A stretch of 63,493 nucleotides of DNA, the filler included, from Octopus bimaculoides (taxonomy: Eukaryota), in the NCBI RefSeq assembly GCF_001194135.2. It is 8 parts of 6 records of this genome, joined end to end, with 100 filler letters (N's around TTAATTAATTAA, not from the genome) between each part and the next. Parts side by side here need not be neighbours in the genome. Positions count along the whole stretch, not along the records: positions 51,468 to 56,886 come from NC_068990.1; positions 56,987 to 62,252 come from NC_068990.1; positions 62,353 to 63,493 come from NW_026425698.1; 5 more parts are not named here. One strand, 5' to 3'. The notes beneath the pieces were generated by a model. That model made no database searches and had not been told where the DNA came from. It saw only the letters and a list, made by a program, of their open reading frames with translations. A program made the position numbers and the translations under genes. The first letter of the stretch is position 1. The number at the start of each line of letters is the position of its first letter. Below, in pieces: positions 52,760 through 63,493 of this stretch.

Positions 52760-54125
52760 GTTTCAGGATTCATGCTGACGTTGTCGACGTTGCTTGAAGG
52801 CTTTGGCTTCTTCGTCGTAAATGCTGCGCCAAATTTTTTTGTCTTGTGAGAAATCTCGAAGCTGGGAGAAAGAAATTGTGCCGACTTGAAGAATTTTCAA
52901 CTGATCTCTGTATCACTTTTCTGGTGTTCTCATGAAGGCGATATCCGGTTCTGAGTTCTCCAAAAAGAACAATTTTCGGAAGGCGATTTTCAGGCAGCTG
53001 GATTACATGTCCCACCCAGTGCAGAAGACGATGGTTGAAGATGTATTCAATACTTGTAATTCCTGCTTGATTAAGGAAGTTGTGGTACAGAATCCTTTGT
53101 TCCAAAGAGATACTAAGAATTTTTTGAAGGCACCGAACATGAAAAGCTTCAGGTTATTTAATATGTTGTCTTTAAAGTGTTCTGCATTCACTGCCATGCA
53201 ACAGTGGTGGTACCTCAACAGCTCAATACACTATAATTTTGGTATGAAGGACGGACTTCAGTTGGCGAATACCATAGATCTGAGTCTTGCAAACTAAGAA
53301 GTGGCCACGTTGATGCAGTTGGTAATATCTTCATCAATAAGTGCTGAATCCGAAAATATACTTTTTTAAGACAGTAGAAGGGTCGTGTATTTTTCAGAGG
53401 TATATTGTTTACATGCAGTGTATGAGGAAGCTCACTGTCTGTGAGTGAAATTTGCATGACCTCAGGTTTGATAGTGTTGATGGTAAGTCCCTGTTGTGTA
53501 TAAGCATTGTGCTGGACGGCACAATGTTCTGAGGTGAGATGAGTTATGAGCTATACCAGATAAATCATCAGTATACTGAAGTTAAAAAACAGCGAGTGTT
53601 GACGTTTTAGAAACTGATATAAGCCGTCTGGTATTAAAAAAGCTGCCGTCCAAACAGCACCAAATATGAATGCCATCTTAAGAAGCAATACTGATTCTGG
53701 ATAAGAGTATCACAGCGACCAGGTAGATATCGAAGAGGCTAGGTACGAGGACATATCTCTGTTTTACCCCAACTAGTACATAAAATACTTCTACCGTATC
53801 TCCTCCAGCGGCATCTTTTGCTAGCATACCTTCGTGAAAACAATCCAGCATTGCGACGAAGATCAGTGAACATCCACAATCTTTTGCTAGTTTCCATAAC
53901 ATATTTCTATAAACAGTGTCGAATGCTTTTGTAAGATCAAAGAAGGCGTAAGAGATCTTACGTTGCTGTTCTCTTATCTTTTCCTGGGAGGAGGTGAGCT
54001 ACGAAAGTCATGTCAAGTATGCCTCTGCTTAAGAGAAAGACGCACTGGTTTTCCAGAAGATTTCTTTCTGTAAGATCAGTTAGCAGACAGTGTAACATAA
54101 TCCACATTCCGATTTGTCACCCTTC
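52760..54125 (-). mobile_element. RTE/BovB-like LINE reverse transcriptase, decayed
   Basis: FFDLTKAFDTV, GVKQRYVLVPSLF, RLLHWVGHVIQLPENRLPKIVLFGEL. Confidence 0.9.
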
Positions 54126-54699
54126 CTTTAATAGATAGCAATGATGTTGGCATATGGGACTGAACCTGGAATATTGTGATTTGGAAGTAAGCTTCTTACC
54201 ACTCAGTCACATCTGGGCCTATTATAGCCAGTTTTTATCAAAACCTTTGATCATTAATTCTGTTCGATCTCTATTCATAAGGCGCACGCGTCTAGCCAAC
54301 TCTCTTCATCTCTTCGTCTTTATTGTTTCCCTTCTTAAGGCATACTACTTATCGATTTTCCTAATTATTTTTCGTCTTCAGAACTTATTGCTGTTCAAAA
54401 AGAATGGATCTCGCTAGTCCCAGAAAAACTTTGACAGAACAATCATTAAAATGAAAAAGGAAGACAAAAAAGAAAAGATAAATCTAGCAATGTTATCTCA
54501 CTCTTCCGCCACGTGACTCAATGACGTTGTACACTTTTATTAGTGGTATTTAAACTTAGATGGCGGTAAGAAACAGTAAATAAATGTGAATACATATGGA
54601 TGTTTTGTTTTGTTTCTTAAGAATACACATTAGAGCAAGAGTAAAAAGAAGTCTCATGTAAAACAGAGATGTGAGCTCAGAGTATATAATTGTCAGTTC

Positions 54700-55790
54700 G
54701 AGATAAGAAAAAAAATGTTCGAGTGTTTGTTGTGTAGCTTCAGGACAGCGTTGAACTGTGATTAAAATAGATGTAATCGTGACAATCTTATCATTTTAGG
54801 CACAGTGTATCAAGGACTATATTATGGAATATATTATTCCTCCTTGATGTGAAGGTAGGATTAAGACAGGGTCTTGTGTGATATCTCCGTGGCTGTTTAA
54901 TTTATCTATGGATGGTGTGGTGAGAGAGGCAGATGCTAGAACTTTTGGTAGAGGAACCCAAATGGAGGGAGAAAATGGAGAGAACTGGCAGGTGAGTCAT
55001 TGTTGTTTGCTGATGATATAGCACTGATCGCGGATTTGGAAGAGTAAGTGAGGAGACAGGTGGTAGAGTTTGGAAGAGTGTGAGAGAGGAGGAAACGGAA
55101 AGTGAATGTAGCTAAGAGTAAGGTGATGAGATGTTCGAGAGATGGAATGGCTGGTAGGATGGATGTAAGTACAGATAGTGAGATGTTAGGGGAGGTGAGT
55201 GCTTTGAAGTATTTGGGATCACATGTAACGGCGGATGGGGGTGGCTTAGCTGAGGAGGTGAGATACAGACTGAGGGAGGGGTGTAAGATACTGAGAGTTG
55301 TGAAAGGTATGCTGAGAGATAAAATGTTGAGTATGAAAGCAAAAAGAGATGTGTATGAGGGCGTGATTGTGCCGACGATGTTATATGGTTCAGAGGCAAG
55401 AGGACTGAGAGAGGCGGAAAGGAAGCGACTAAATGTGTTTGAGATGAGATGCCTGAAGGCTATGGTTGGTGTGACACGGATGGACAGGATGAGGAATAAG
55501 GAGATGTGAAGGCGAGAAAGAATGAAAGAAAAACCAACAACCAAAATAGATAGATGAATGTTGAGGTAGTTTGGTCACATGGAGAGCGTATGGTAAGGAT
55601 GGTGATGAAAGCAGAAGTGGTAGGCAGCAGAACCAGAGGCAGACCTCGATTTGTGTGGATGGATGGAGTAAGGTAAGCTTTGGTGGTTAGAGGTGTTGGA
55701 GTGAGAGAGGCAAGAGAGTTTATAAATGATGGGAAAGCTTGGAGAGTTTTTATGGACGGATGAGTGAATTTGATGTTGTTCAAAGGGGTA
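54700..55790 (+). mobile_element. RTE-clade LINE RT and C-terminus (second family)
   Basis: GLRQG..ISPWLFN, LFADDIAL, KYLGSH, YEGVIVPTMLYGSE, FEMRCLK, WFGH-like block, GRPRFVWMDGV. Confidence 0.9.
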
Positions 55791-55961
55791 CGGAACCAAC
55801 ATGATGCGTCGGGGGTAAACCAACATATGGTGTCGTGTCTCGCTGCTGATATTGGGGGTTGCGTTTTATGCCTTGACCCGAGCATAGAAAGGGTCTCGTC
55901 TCTTTGAGTTAGGGGAATGAATGGAATGCCTGGTGTATGTTTTGTTGTGGGAATAGGCCTG

Positions 55962-56010
<49 letters not shown>

Positions 56011-56629
56011 GAGGATAAGATCAATATTTAAAATATCGATTTTATCTAGTAGCGAGCATGGGAATAAAAACCATCAAAGGTAATAATTATTTAAATTTAT
56101 AATTTAGGGTATCTAAGAGACACCACCGCGCTGAAATAGCAATCAAAGCTTGACTCTAAAACCACTATAAATATTCATAAAGCACCAGGAGAGAAGGCGA
56201 AGAGATAAAATAAACTAGCAAAAATTACTGGATAATTCCAGACTCGGATTTCTGGCTCTGCATAAGAAATGTATATATATTATTCCTCCTACATTAGTTT
56301 CAAATTTTGGCACAAGGTCAACTGTTTCGGTAGAGGGAGTAAGTCCGTTACATTGACTTCAATGCTCAACTGGTACTACTAATTCTATTGATCCGGAAAA
56401 GATGAAAAGAAAAGTCGACCACGTAGAGATTTGAACCCAGAGCATAAAGACGGACGAAATGCTGTTAAGCATTTTGCCTGGCGTGCTAATGATTTTGCCA
56501 GCTTGCCGCCCTTATCCCTCCTATATTAAGATGGTATGGTGTAAGTACAGAGACCTTTGGTTATTGTTTGTGGAAGTCAAGAAACTGAAGGTCTCTATCC
56601 TATGGCATTTACTCTTTTACACTTTTACT

Positions 56630-56886
56630 TATTTCAGTCATTTTTCACTGCGGCCATGCTGGAGCACCGCCTTTAGTCGAGAAAATCGACCCCAGGACTT
56701 ATTCTTTGTAAGCATAGTACTTATTCAATCGGTCTCTTTTTGCCGAACCGCTAAGTTACGGGGACGTAAACACACCAGCATTGGTTGTCAAGCGATGGTG
56801 GGGGGACAAACACAGACACACAAACACACACATATATATGTATATACATATATACGACAGGCTTCTTTCAGTTTCCGTCTACCAAA
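56630..56886 (-). mobile_element. SINE family A, 3' two-thirds
   Basis: Reverse complement of 40790-41050. Confidence 0.9.
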
Positions 56887-56986
56887 NNNNNNNNNNNNNN
56901 NNNNNNNNNNNNNNNNNNNNNNNNNNNNNNTTAATTAATTAANNNNNNNNNNNNNNNNNNNNNNNNNNNNNNNNNNNNNNNNNNNN

Positions 56987-57020
<34 letters not shown>

Positions 57021-57469
57021 CTCTGTGCAAAGTTTTAGGTCCAATAATAATTGCGTAACACCTCAAATCCTCTCCTCTCTACACATAGACAAGCCGAGGC
57101 AAGATGTCTGGTGCCGATATGATTTTCAAGCTCAGGGATATGGGAGCGCCATGATCTCAAGCATAAACAAAAAATCTCCAAAATGTCCACTGCCATTCCC
57201 TGCATATCTGGTTTTATATCAGAGTAGCTTTCTCCTAGAGACATGCTTCAACAAGAGCTAAAGGGTGTCTCGCTCTCAGTGGTCTTTCAGCACGCCGGAC
57301 TTCCTCCCGGAATTTCTGCGTGCCCGTGCTTTTGCTAGATAGTTGTTGAACCTGCACCACGTTCATCCGGCCTTTTCTTTTATCTTGTAGAAGGTGATGG
57401 TCAGCTTGAGGAAGTAGGTGAATACACCTTTCTTTTTTGGATGAATGTTAGCTGGACCTTTAAACTCCA

Positions 57470-57810
57470 GATACACAGGTCCTGGGGAAAACCGATATCC
57501 TGAGTACTGAGGCGATGGTACACAAACACCGGTTACGTTAGACTGGACACCTTGTTACAATGAATAATAACAGATGCTATATGGGGAACTTGTGAGTGGA
57601 AAGCGACCCAGGCAGAAGCCAAGACTGCGATTTAAGAATAGTATAAAGTTCTCATTAAATGCCTGTGAAATGCGGGAGGATGACTGGGAGAGCAATGCTT
57701 GTCATCGCCACGAATGGAAGTAAAGGAGAGAGTCGAAACAGGTAAAGGAGGGAGTCGATACCTTTGAAAGAGCACGTATTCTTCATGAAGAATTTAAGCG
57801 TGCTGCTTGA
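57470..57810 (+). mobile_element. RTE LINE C-terminal fragment
   Basis: MVHKHRLR*TGHL...YGELVSGKRP..KPRLRFKNSIK. Confidence 0.75.
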
Positions 57811-58496
57811 AAACGCACTACTAATATAATGAATGGGGGAAAGCTTGGTCTGAAATGTTTGCAGTCGTGTGTTTGTCAAGAGCAGGGCTCGTTAGTCACT
57901 AACGGAGCCGCAAGTGTAAAGTATAAGGTAATCTTGAGCGCACAATGTTCCTTAAGGTCAGAAATGGTTTTTCTCGGTCACGAGTGGACGGCCATCATAT
58001 ATTTATATATGTAAGACAAGGCATAAATAATGGTTATTATATATATTTTTTATTGTAGTAAATTTANNNNNNNNNNNNNNNNNNNNNNNNNNNNNNNNNN
58101 NNNNNNNNNNNNNNNNNNNNNNNNNNNNNNNNNNNNNNNNNNNNNNNNTATATATATATATATATATATGCGTATAAGAAGGGATGACCACTAAGTGGAC
58201 ATCCAATATGCTAGAAAGAGGCCATCAACGACCCAACCACAAAGAAAAATAATGTTCTCCAGAAAAAATTCAGCAAAAATCAGAGCATAGGCGGGCAAGA
58301 CAAAATGAAAAATATACAAAAAGTTCTGGTGGGGTGTAAACTGGCGTTGCAAGCAGAGTTGCTACAGAAACAATTGCAACGAATAATTAAAAACAATTAT
58401 TAAAGGCATGCTAAAATCATTTCTTTGTCTTCCTATTATTTGTATTATATAAATATATATGTATGTATATGTGTGTGTGCGTGTATGTATATATAT

Positions 58497-58640
58497 ATAG
58501 ATATAAATATATCTATATATATATATAAATATATCTATCTATATAAATATATCTATCTATATAAATATATCTATCTATCTATAAATATATCTATCTATAT
58601 ATAAATATATCTATCTACATATAAATATATCTATCTACAT
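58497..58640. repeat. 20-bp minisatellite (ATATAAATATATCTATCTAT-like), about 6-7 copies
   Basis: Direct reading. Confidence 0.85.
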
Positions 58641-58688
58641 ATATACACACATATATACACACACACATATATATATATATAATTATTT

Positions 58689-58848
58689 TATAATTATAAA
58701 CAATTATAATTAGGGGTAGCTAATTGCTTCACCACATACCGAATTTAGAAATAGGTGTTAAAAATTCCTTTTCTATTACCTATTTCTAAATTAGGCATGT
58801 GGTGAAGCAATTAGCTGACCCCTAATTGTAATTATGTTTATAATTATA
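58689..58848. repeat. Foldback element with about 70-bp arms
   Basis: aattagggg..agctaattgcttcaccacat..aatttagaaataggt is mirrored after a 21-nt spacer. Confidence 0.9.
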
Positions 58849-59027
58849 GAACATTTGTATAATTTTACCTATAAAGGTTATTTTAACGTACCAATCTACT
58901 TGGTAAAATTATTAATTAATTTTATTATTAATATTGAAATACACAGACACACACACACACACACATATATATTAACGCCACAACAGAAGCAACCTTTGTA
59001 ACGAATATTAGCGTTTGAAACCTGACC

Positions 59028-59391
59028 TGGACGAGTTGTTTATAACTCCGTAGGCTGTGGTGAACGTCACGCAAAGTTATTTCGTGCAGACGACATCGAA
59101 ATTGAATATCGGTTGACTACAATTATACCAGCTTTTCGAATCATCACTGGCTATTTGGCCGGTATTATTCTATATAGATTTGACTAATTTTCTGTGTGAT
59201 ATTCAGTGATTGGTATCCTGCCGCTGATGATCCAGAATATGATAAAGAAACGTGATACAGTAGTGCTATCCGTCGGTATTGACTAAACCTAGTCAACCGA
59301 TGTAGAGTTTCGATGCTTTTTACTATTTGTCGTCTGCACGAATGATTTTTCGGGACGTTCACCGCAACCTACGGCATTATAAACATGTCCA
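59028..59391. repeat. Imperfect foldback with about 90-bp arms
   Basis: Five co-linear complementary blocks (see findings). Confidence 0.85.
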
Positions 59392-59402
59392 TAGACATAC
59401 AT

Positions 59403-59480
<78 letters not shown>

Positions 59481-59828
59481 NNNNNNNNNNNNNNNNNNNN
59501 NNNNNNNNNNNNNNNNNNNNNNNNNNNNNNNNNNNNNNNNNNNNNNNNNNNNNNNNNNNNNNNNNNNNNNNNNNNNNNNNNNNNNNNNNNNNNNNNNNNN
59601 NNNNNNNNNNNNNNNNNNNNNNNNNNNNNNNNNNNNNNNNNNNNNNNNNNNNNNNNNNNNNNNNNNNNNNNNNNNNNNNNNNNNNNNNNNNNNNNNNNNN
59701 NNNNNNNNNNNNNNNNNNNNNNNNNNNNNNNNNNNNNNNNNNNNNNNNNNNNNNNNNNNNNNNNNNNNNNNNNNNNNNNNNNNNNNNNNNNNNNNNNNNN
59801 NNNNNNNNNNNNNNNNNNNNNNNNNNNN

Positions 59829-59865
<37 letters not shown>

Positions 59866-60384
59866 CGTGCGTGTGTGTATGAATGTGTGTGTGTGAATAC
59901 GCATAAATGAATATATGTACAGCATGTTTAGCTAAACGCATAAATAACAGATCATAAATAAATATATATATTCCAAATTATAAACCACTCCCAGAGATAA
60001 AACGACGTTATCGTCACTTCATTACTAAACATCCACCCACAGATAATGAACACCAGTAAGACATCTTTCAATTTCTTTTATCACTAAAATTTCCACATTT
60101 GTTGCATTAATACGTTCAACAAAGGCTTTTATAAAACCTTTCCATAGGATTTTTCTTAAGAGTATTTCATGGTAAATTTTCTATAGAAAATCAGCTTATC
60201 TTTAGAAGTTCTTCGAGATAATTTCTTATGAATGTTATGCTTTGTGTACTTTGTTGTATGTTTATATGTGGAGTAAGAAATTCCAGCCAATTAATTGTGA
60301 GTATGATCAGAACAAACCCACGAGGTGTCTATATCTGAAAGCTTCTTATATCATAACATCAGTTGCCCCAAGAATGTACATATA

Positions 60385-60425
<41 letters not shown>

Positions 60426-61029
60426 GCATACAAACGTACATACACATGTATGTGCAAACACACACACAAATCCAAACATACATACATATGCAAACGTACA
60501 CATCATATACACACATACGTATACACACACACTCAAACACATACACGCATATCAAACTAATACATTCCATGTTCACGTCCTCTTGTTGTTTTGTTATTGT
60601 TATTTTTAATGTTTCTTTTTGCATCTAATATTTGTTATTTATCTTCTATAATAATGAAGCTGTATCTTTGAATTTGATACTTTTGTATACACATACCGGG
60701 AAAGAAATCTTGTTGAACAAACGTTATTTTAACAAGATACATCTTGTAATCACCCGAGGAGACACATCTACACCGACGGATACACCTACACCAATTGTTC
60801 AGTATCCCATCTGTAAAGAATCGATGTTAAATTGGTCGAAACAATTGTAGTGACCTATAAACATTCGCTTATCTTCCATTTTCCTTCTTTCTCATTAATC
60901 ACACAACCAACGAACACTTTACCGATAAACCACCAGCTGTATACCATACGATTTATTATCTAATAATAATAATAATAATAATAATAACAATAATAATAAT
61001 AATATATATGATATATATATATATATAGG

Positions 61030-61270
61030 TTCAAAAAAACAACAAAGTGAGGACGTGATACGGATAGTGTTATTGGACGCTCAGGAAAGGAAAGAGAGAG
61101 TGTATGACGTTTCGGGCGTAGCCCTTCGTCGGAAAGATGGAAAGTTCGGAGAATGGAAGAACGGAGAAAGAGGGAAATGGTACCGATGCCCACGAGGTTA
61201 CATTGTGAAAAGACCGGAAGAGGAGGTGGTGGGGGAAAAGTTCTTTCTAAGACAGGAGAGTGAAAAAGGG
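61030..61270 (-). mobile_element. Penelope-like pLTR fragment carrying a hammerhead fold
   Basis: Pyrimidine-rich minus strand around CCGACGAAGGGCTACGCCCGAAACGTC. Confidence 0.6.
61101..61137 (-). ncRNA. Minimal type I hammerhead ribozyme-like motif (U4C variant, stem I partly decayed)
   Basis: C-C-G-A-C-G-A core, stem II GGGC/UAC/GCCC, GAAA, palindromic ACGU, GUC cleavage triplet. Confidence 0.6.
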
Positions 61271-62999
61271 AGATGAATATCTGTGCGTGCGCGAGAGTCT
61301 GCGAGTGTGTGTGTGATAACAGAACGTGTGTGTGCGTANNNNNNNNNNNNNNNNNNNNNNNNNNNNNNNNNNNNNNNNNNNNNNNNNNNNNNNNNNNNNN
61401 NNNNNNNNNNNNNNNNNNNNNNNNNNNNNNNNNNNNNNNNNNNNNNNNNNNNNNNNNNNNNNNNNNNNNNNNNNNNNNNNNNNNNNNNNNNNNNNNNNNN
61501 NNNNNNNNNNNNNNNNNNNNNNNNNNNNNNNNNNNNNNNNNNNNNNNNNNNNNNNNNNNNNNNNNNNNNNNNNNNNNNNNNNNNNNNNNNNNNNNNNNNN
61601 NNNNNNNNNNNNNNNNNNNNNNNNNNNNNNNNNNNNNNNNNNNNNNNNNNNNNNNNNNNNNNNNNNNNNNNNNNNNNNNNNNNNNNNNNNNNNNNNNNNN
61701 NNNNNNNNNNNNNNNNNNNNNGTTGCTGTGTACGTGTGTGTGCGTGCGTTTGCTATTGTATGTGCGTGTGTTGTTTATGCCCATGTGTGTGTGATTGTAT
61801 GCGTGTCTGTGTGAGTGTGTAGTGTTGGTGAGAAGTGTGTGTGGGTGTGTGCGTGTGTGTGTGTATGTGTGTGGATGTGCGTGTGTGTGTGGGATTGTGA
61901 GTGTTAGGTACGGGTGTGTGTGTGCGTGTGTGCATGTGTGTAGATGTGTATGTGTGCATGTGTGTATATGTGTATGTGAGTATATGTGTTGTGTAGTTTT
62001 TGTATGTGAGAGGTGTGTATGTGTGTGTTTATGTGTGTGCGTGCGTATGTGTGTCAGGTATTGTGTTATTTTGTGTGTGCACTCCTGTGTGTATGTGTGT
62101 GCATGTGTATGCGGCTGTGTATGTAGGCGTGCGCGTGTATATATGTGCGTTCGTCTATATGTGTGTGTGAGGGCGCGCATGTATGTTTGTCATGTATGTG
62201 GGCGGTATATGTAAGGTGTGTGTAGGTGTATGGGAGGTATGTGAGGTATGTGNNNNNNNNNNNNNNNNNNNNNNNNNNNNNNNNNNNNNNNNNNNNTTAA
62301 TTAATTAANNNNNNNNNNNNNNNNNNNNNNNNNNNNNNNNNNNNNNNNNNNNTGTTCTTAATTGATGCACCTTCTGCGCCAAGAGATCTGAGCTCAAATG
62401 TCCCATTGATCAAAGAGCATGAAACTGATTCCACCCATAAAAAATATTCTATTTTGTTTTTATCATACTAGTATAAAAGTAATCTTTTTTTTTTTATTTT
62501 ACTTGTTTCAGTCATTAGACTGCGGCCATGCAGAGGCACCACGTTGAAGAAAGCCACTGTACCTATTCGTTTAAGCCTGGTATTTATTCTACAGGTAGTA
62601 AAATAACGTGGAAAATGTATGTCATCCAATAGCTAAGTTAATTGCAGCATACTGCAACAATTCTAAAAAAGAAACAAAAATCATTTTAAAAGTTAAGTAA
62701 ATACAAGGAGTTTGAAATAAGTGTCTGCAAAACGTGGCATCTAATATCAACAACTGTGGTCATCAGATCTTTGGAGTCAATATTAAATGTCATTCTTAAA
62801 CACTATAACCAAATACCAGTAAAGACGAAAACATCAGAACTACCAAAACAAAAATGTTCTAATGTTTATTGCTCACACGTCGAGAAAAACAATGACAACC
62901 TAAGAATATTAAAAAACGGTAGAGATAATAAAGTTCTAACAATCTTAGTCCACAAAAACTGGTCTCCTTTCTTTCCAATAAATCATTGCTAACCATAAA

Positions 63000-63027
63000 T
63001 AAAATAATAATAATAATAATAATAATC

Positions 63028-63066
<39 letters not shown>

Positions 63067-63122
63067 TTGATGACGACGATGACAACAATACGACGGCGAC
63101 GACCATCACCACCGCCACCACA

Positions 63123-63183
<61 letters not shown>

Positions 63184-63210
63184 ATAATAATAATAATAAT
63201 AATAACATCA
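63000..63210. repeat. Compound (AAT)/(GAT)/(ACT) trinucleotide array
   Basis: Direct reading. Confidence 0.95.
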
Positions 63211-63493
63211 TTTAATAATGATGTGGATGCTGAGATGCTGATGATCAATGACAACAAAAAGTTTTGCTTTCAGAGAGGTCAGGTGATTACAAAAAGCAAA
63301 TGGTACAAGGTTAACTCAACTCTGTCTTGATATTGCCAAGAAAAGACTATTATGTAATTAATAAACTCTGCATGACCGTTGGAGGTGAAAGGGTTTAAAG
63401 AAATTTTCCCGTCTTTGGTTCAGAATTCCATAGTGCAATGTGCAACAATGTATCTCGGAAACAAATGGCAAAAATATATGCAAATAAAAAAAA

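Noticed and set aside
59224-59256. CTGATGA...GAAACGT as an intact hammerhead or C/D box
   Set aside because: No stem II, no valid cleavage triplet, and no terminal C/D stem
60632-60850. 72-aa ORF and ORF 62756-62992
   Set aside because: Short, no motifs or splice support
243-63211. Dozens of long ORFs made of YI, VC, HT, SL, poly-L/S/K/N or X runs
   Set aside because: Translations of microsatellites and N gaps; no coding complexity

Overview
AT-rich, microsatellite-saturated animal genomic DNA from a fragmented draft assembly. The SINE families and repeat landscape suggest an octopod cephalopod such as Octopus (inference, no search run). Seven identical 100-bp N44-TTAATTAATTAA-N44 linkers split the window into eight joined pieces, so adjacency across them is uncertain. 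No complete host gene is recognisable, and most listed ORFs are microsatellite or N-gap artefacts. Supported content: a decayed Mag/K02A2.6-like Gypsy element (29997-32610, minus), a second unrelated 3' LTR with its polypurine tract (29597-29829), an RRM+CCHC ORF1-like element with no ORF2 (32611-34410, minus), a decayed Chapaev3-like DDE transposon (36888-38420), several RTE and CR1-like LINE fragments, four tRNA-derived SINE families, a hAT MITE and several foldbacks. Best leads: a minimal hammerhead-ribozyme fold with a U4C core variant (61100-61140, minus), a candidate spliced exon with a sushi-type TCLxNGTW motif followed by small candidate exons (41192-43400), the ORF1-only element, and a CpG-decay (fossil methylation) domain at 14.6-29.3 kb that points to an unseen host gene body.
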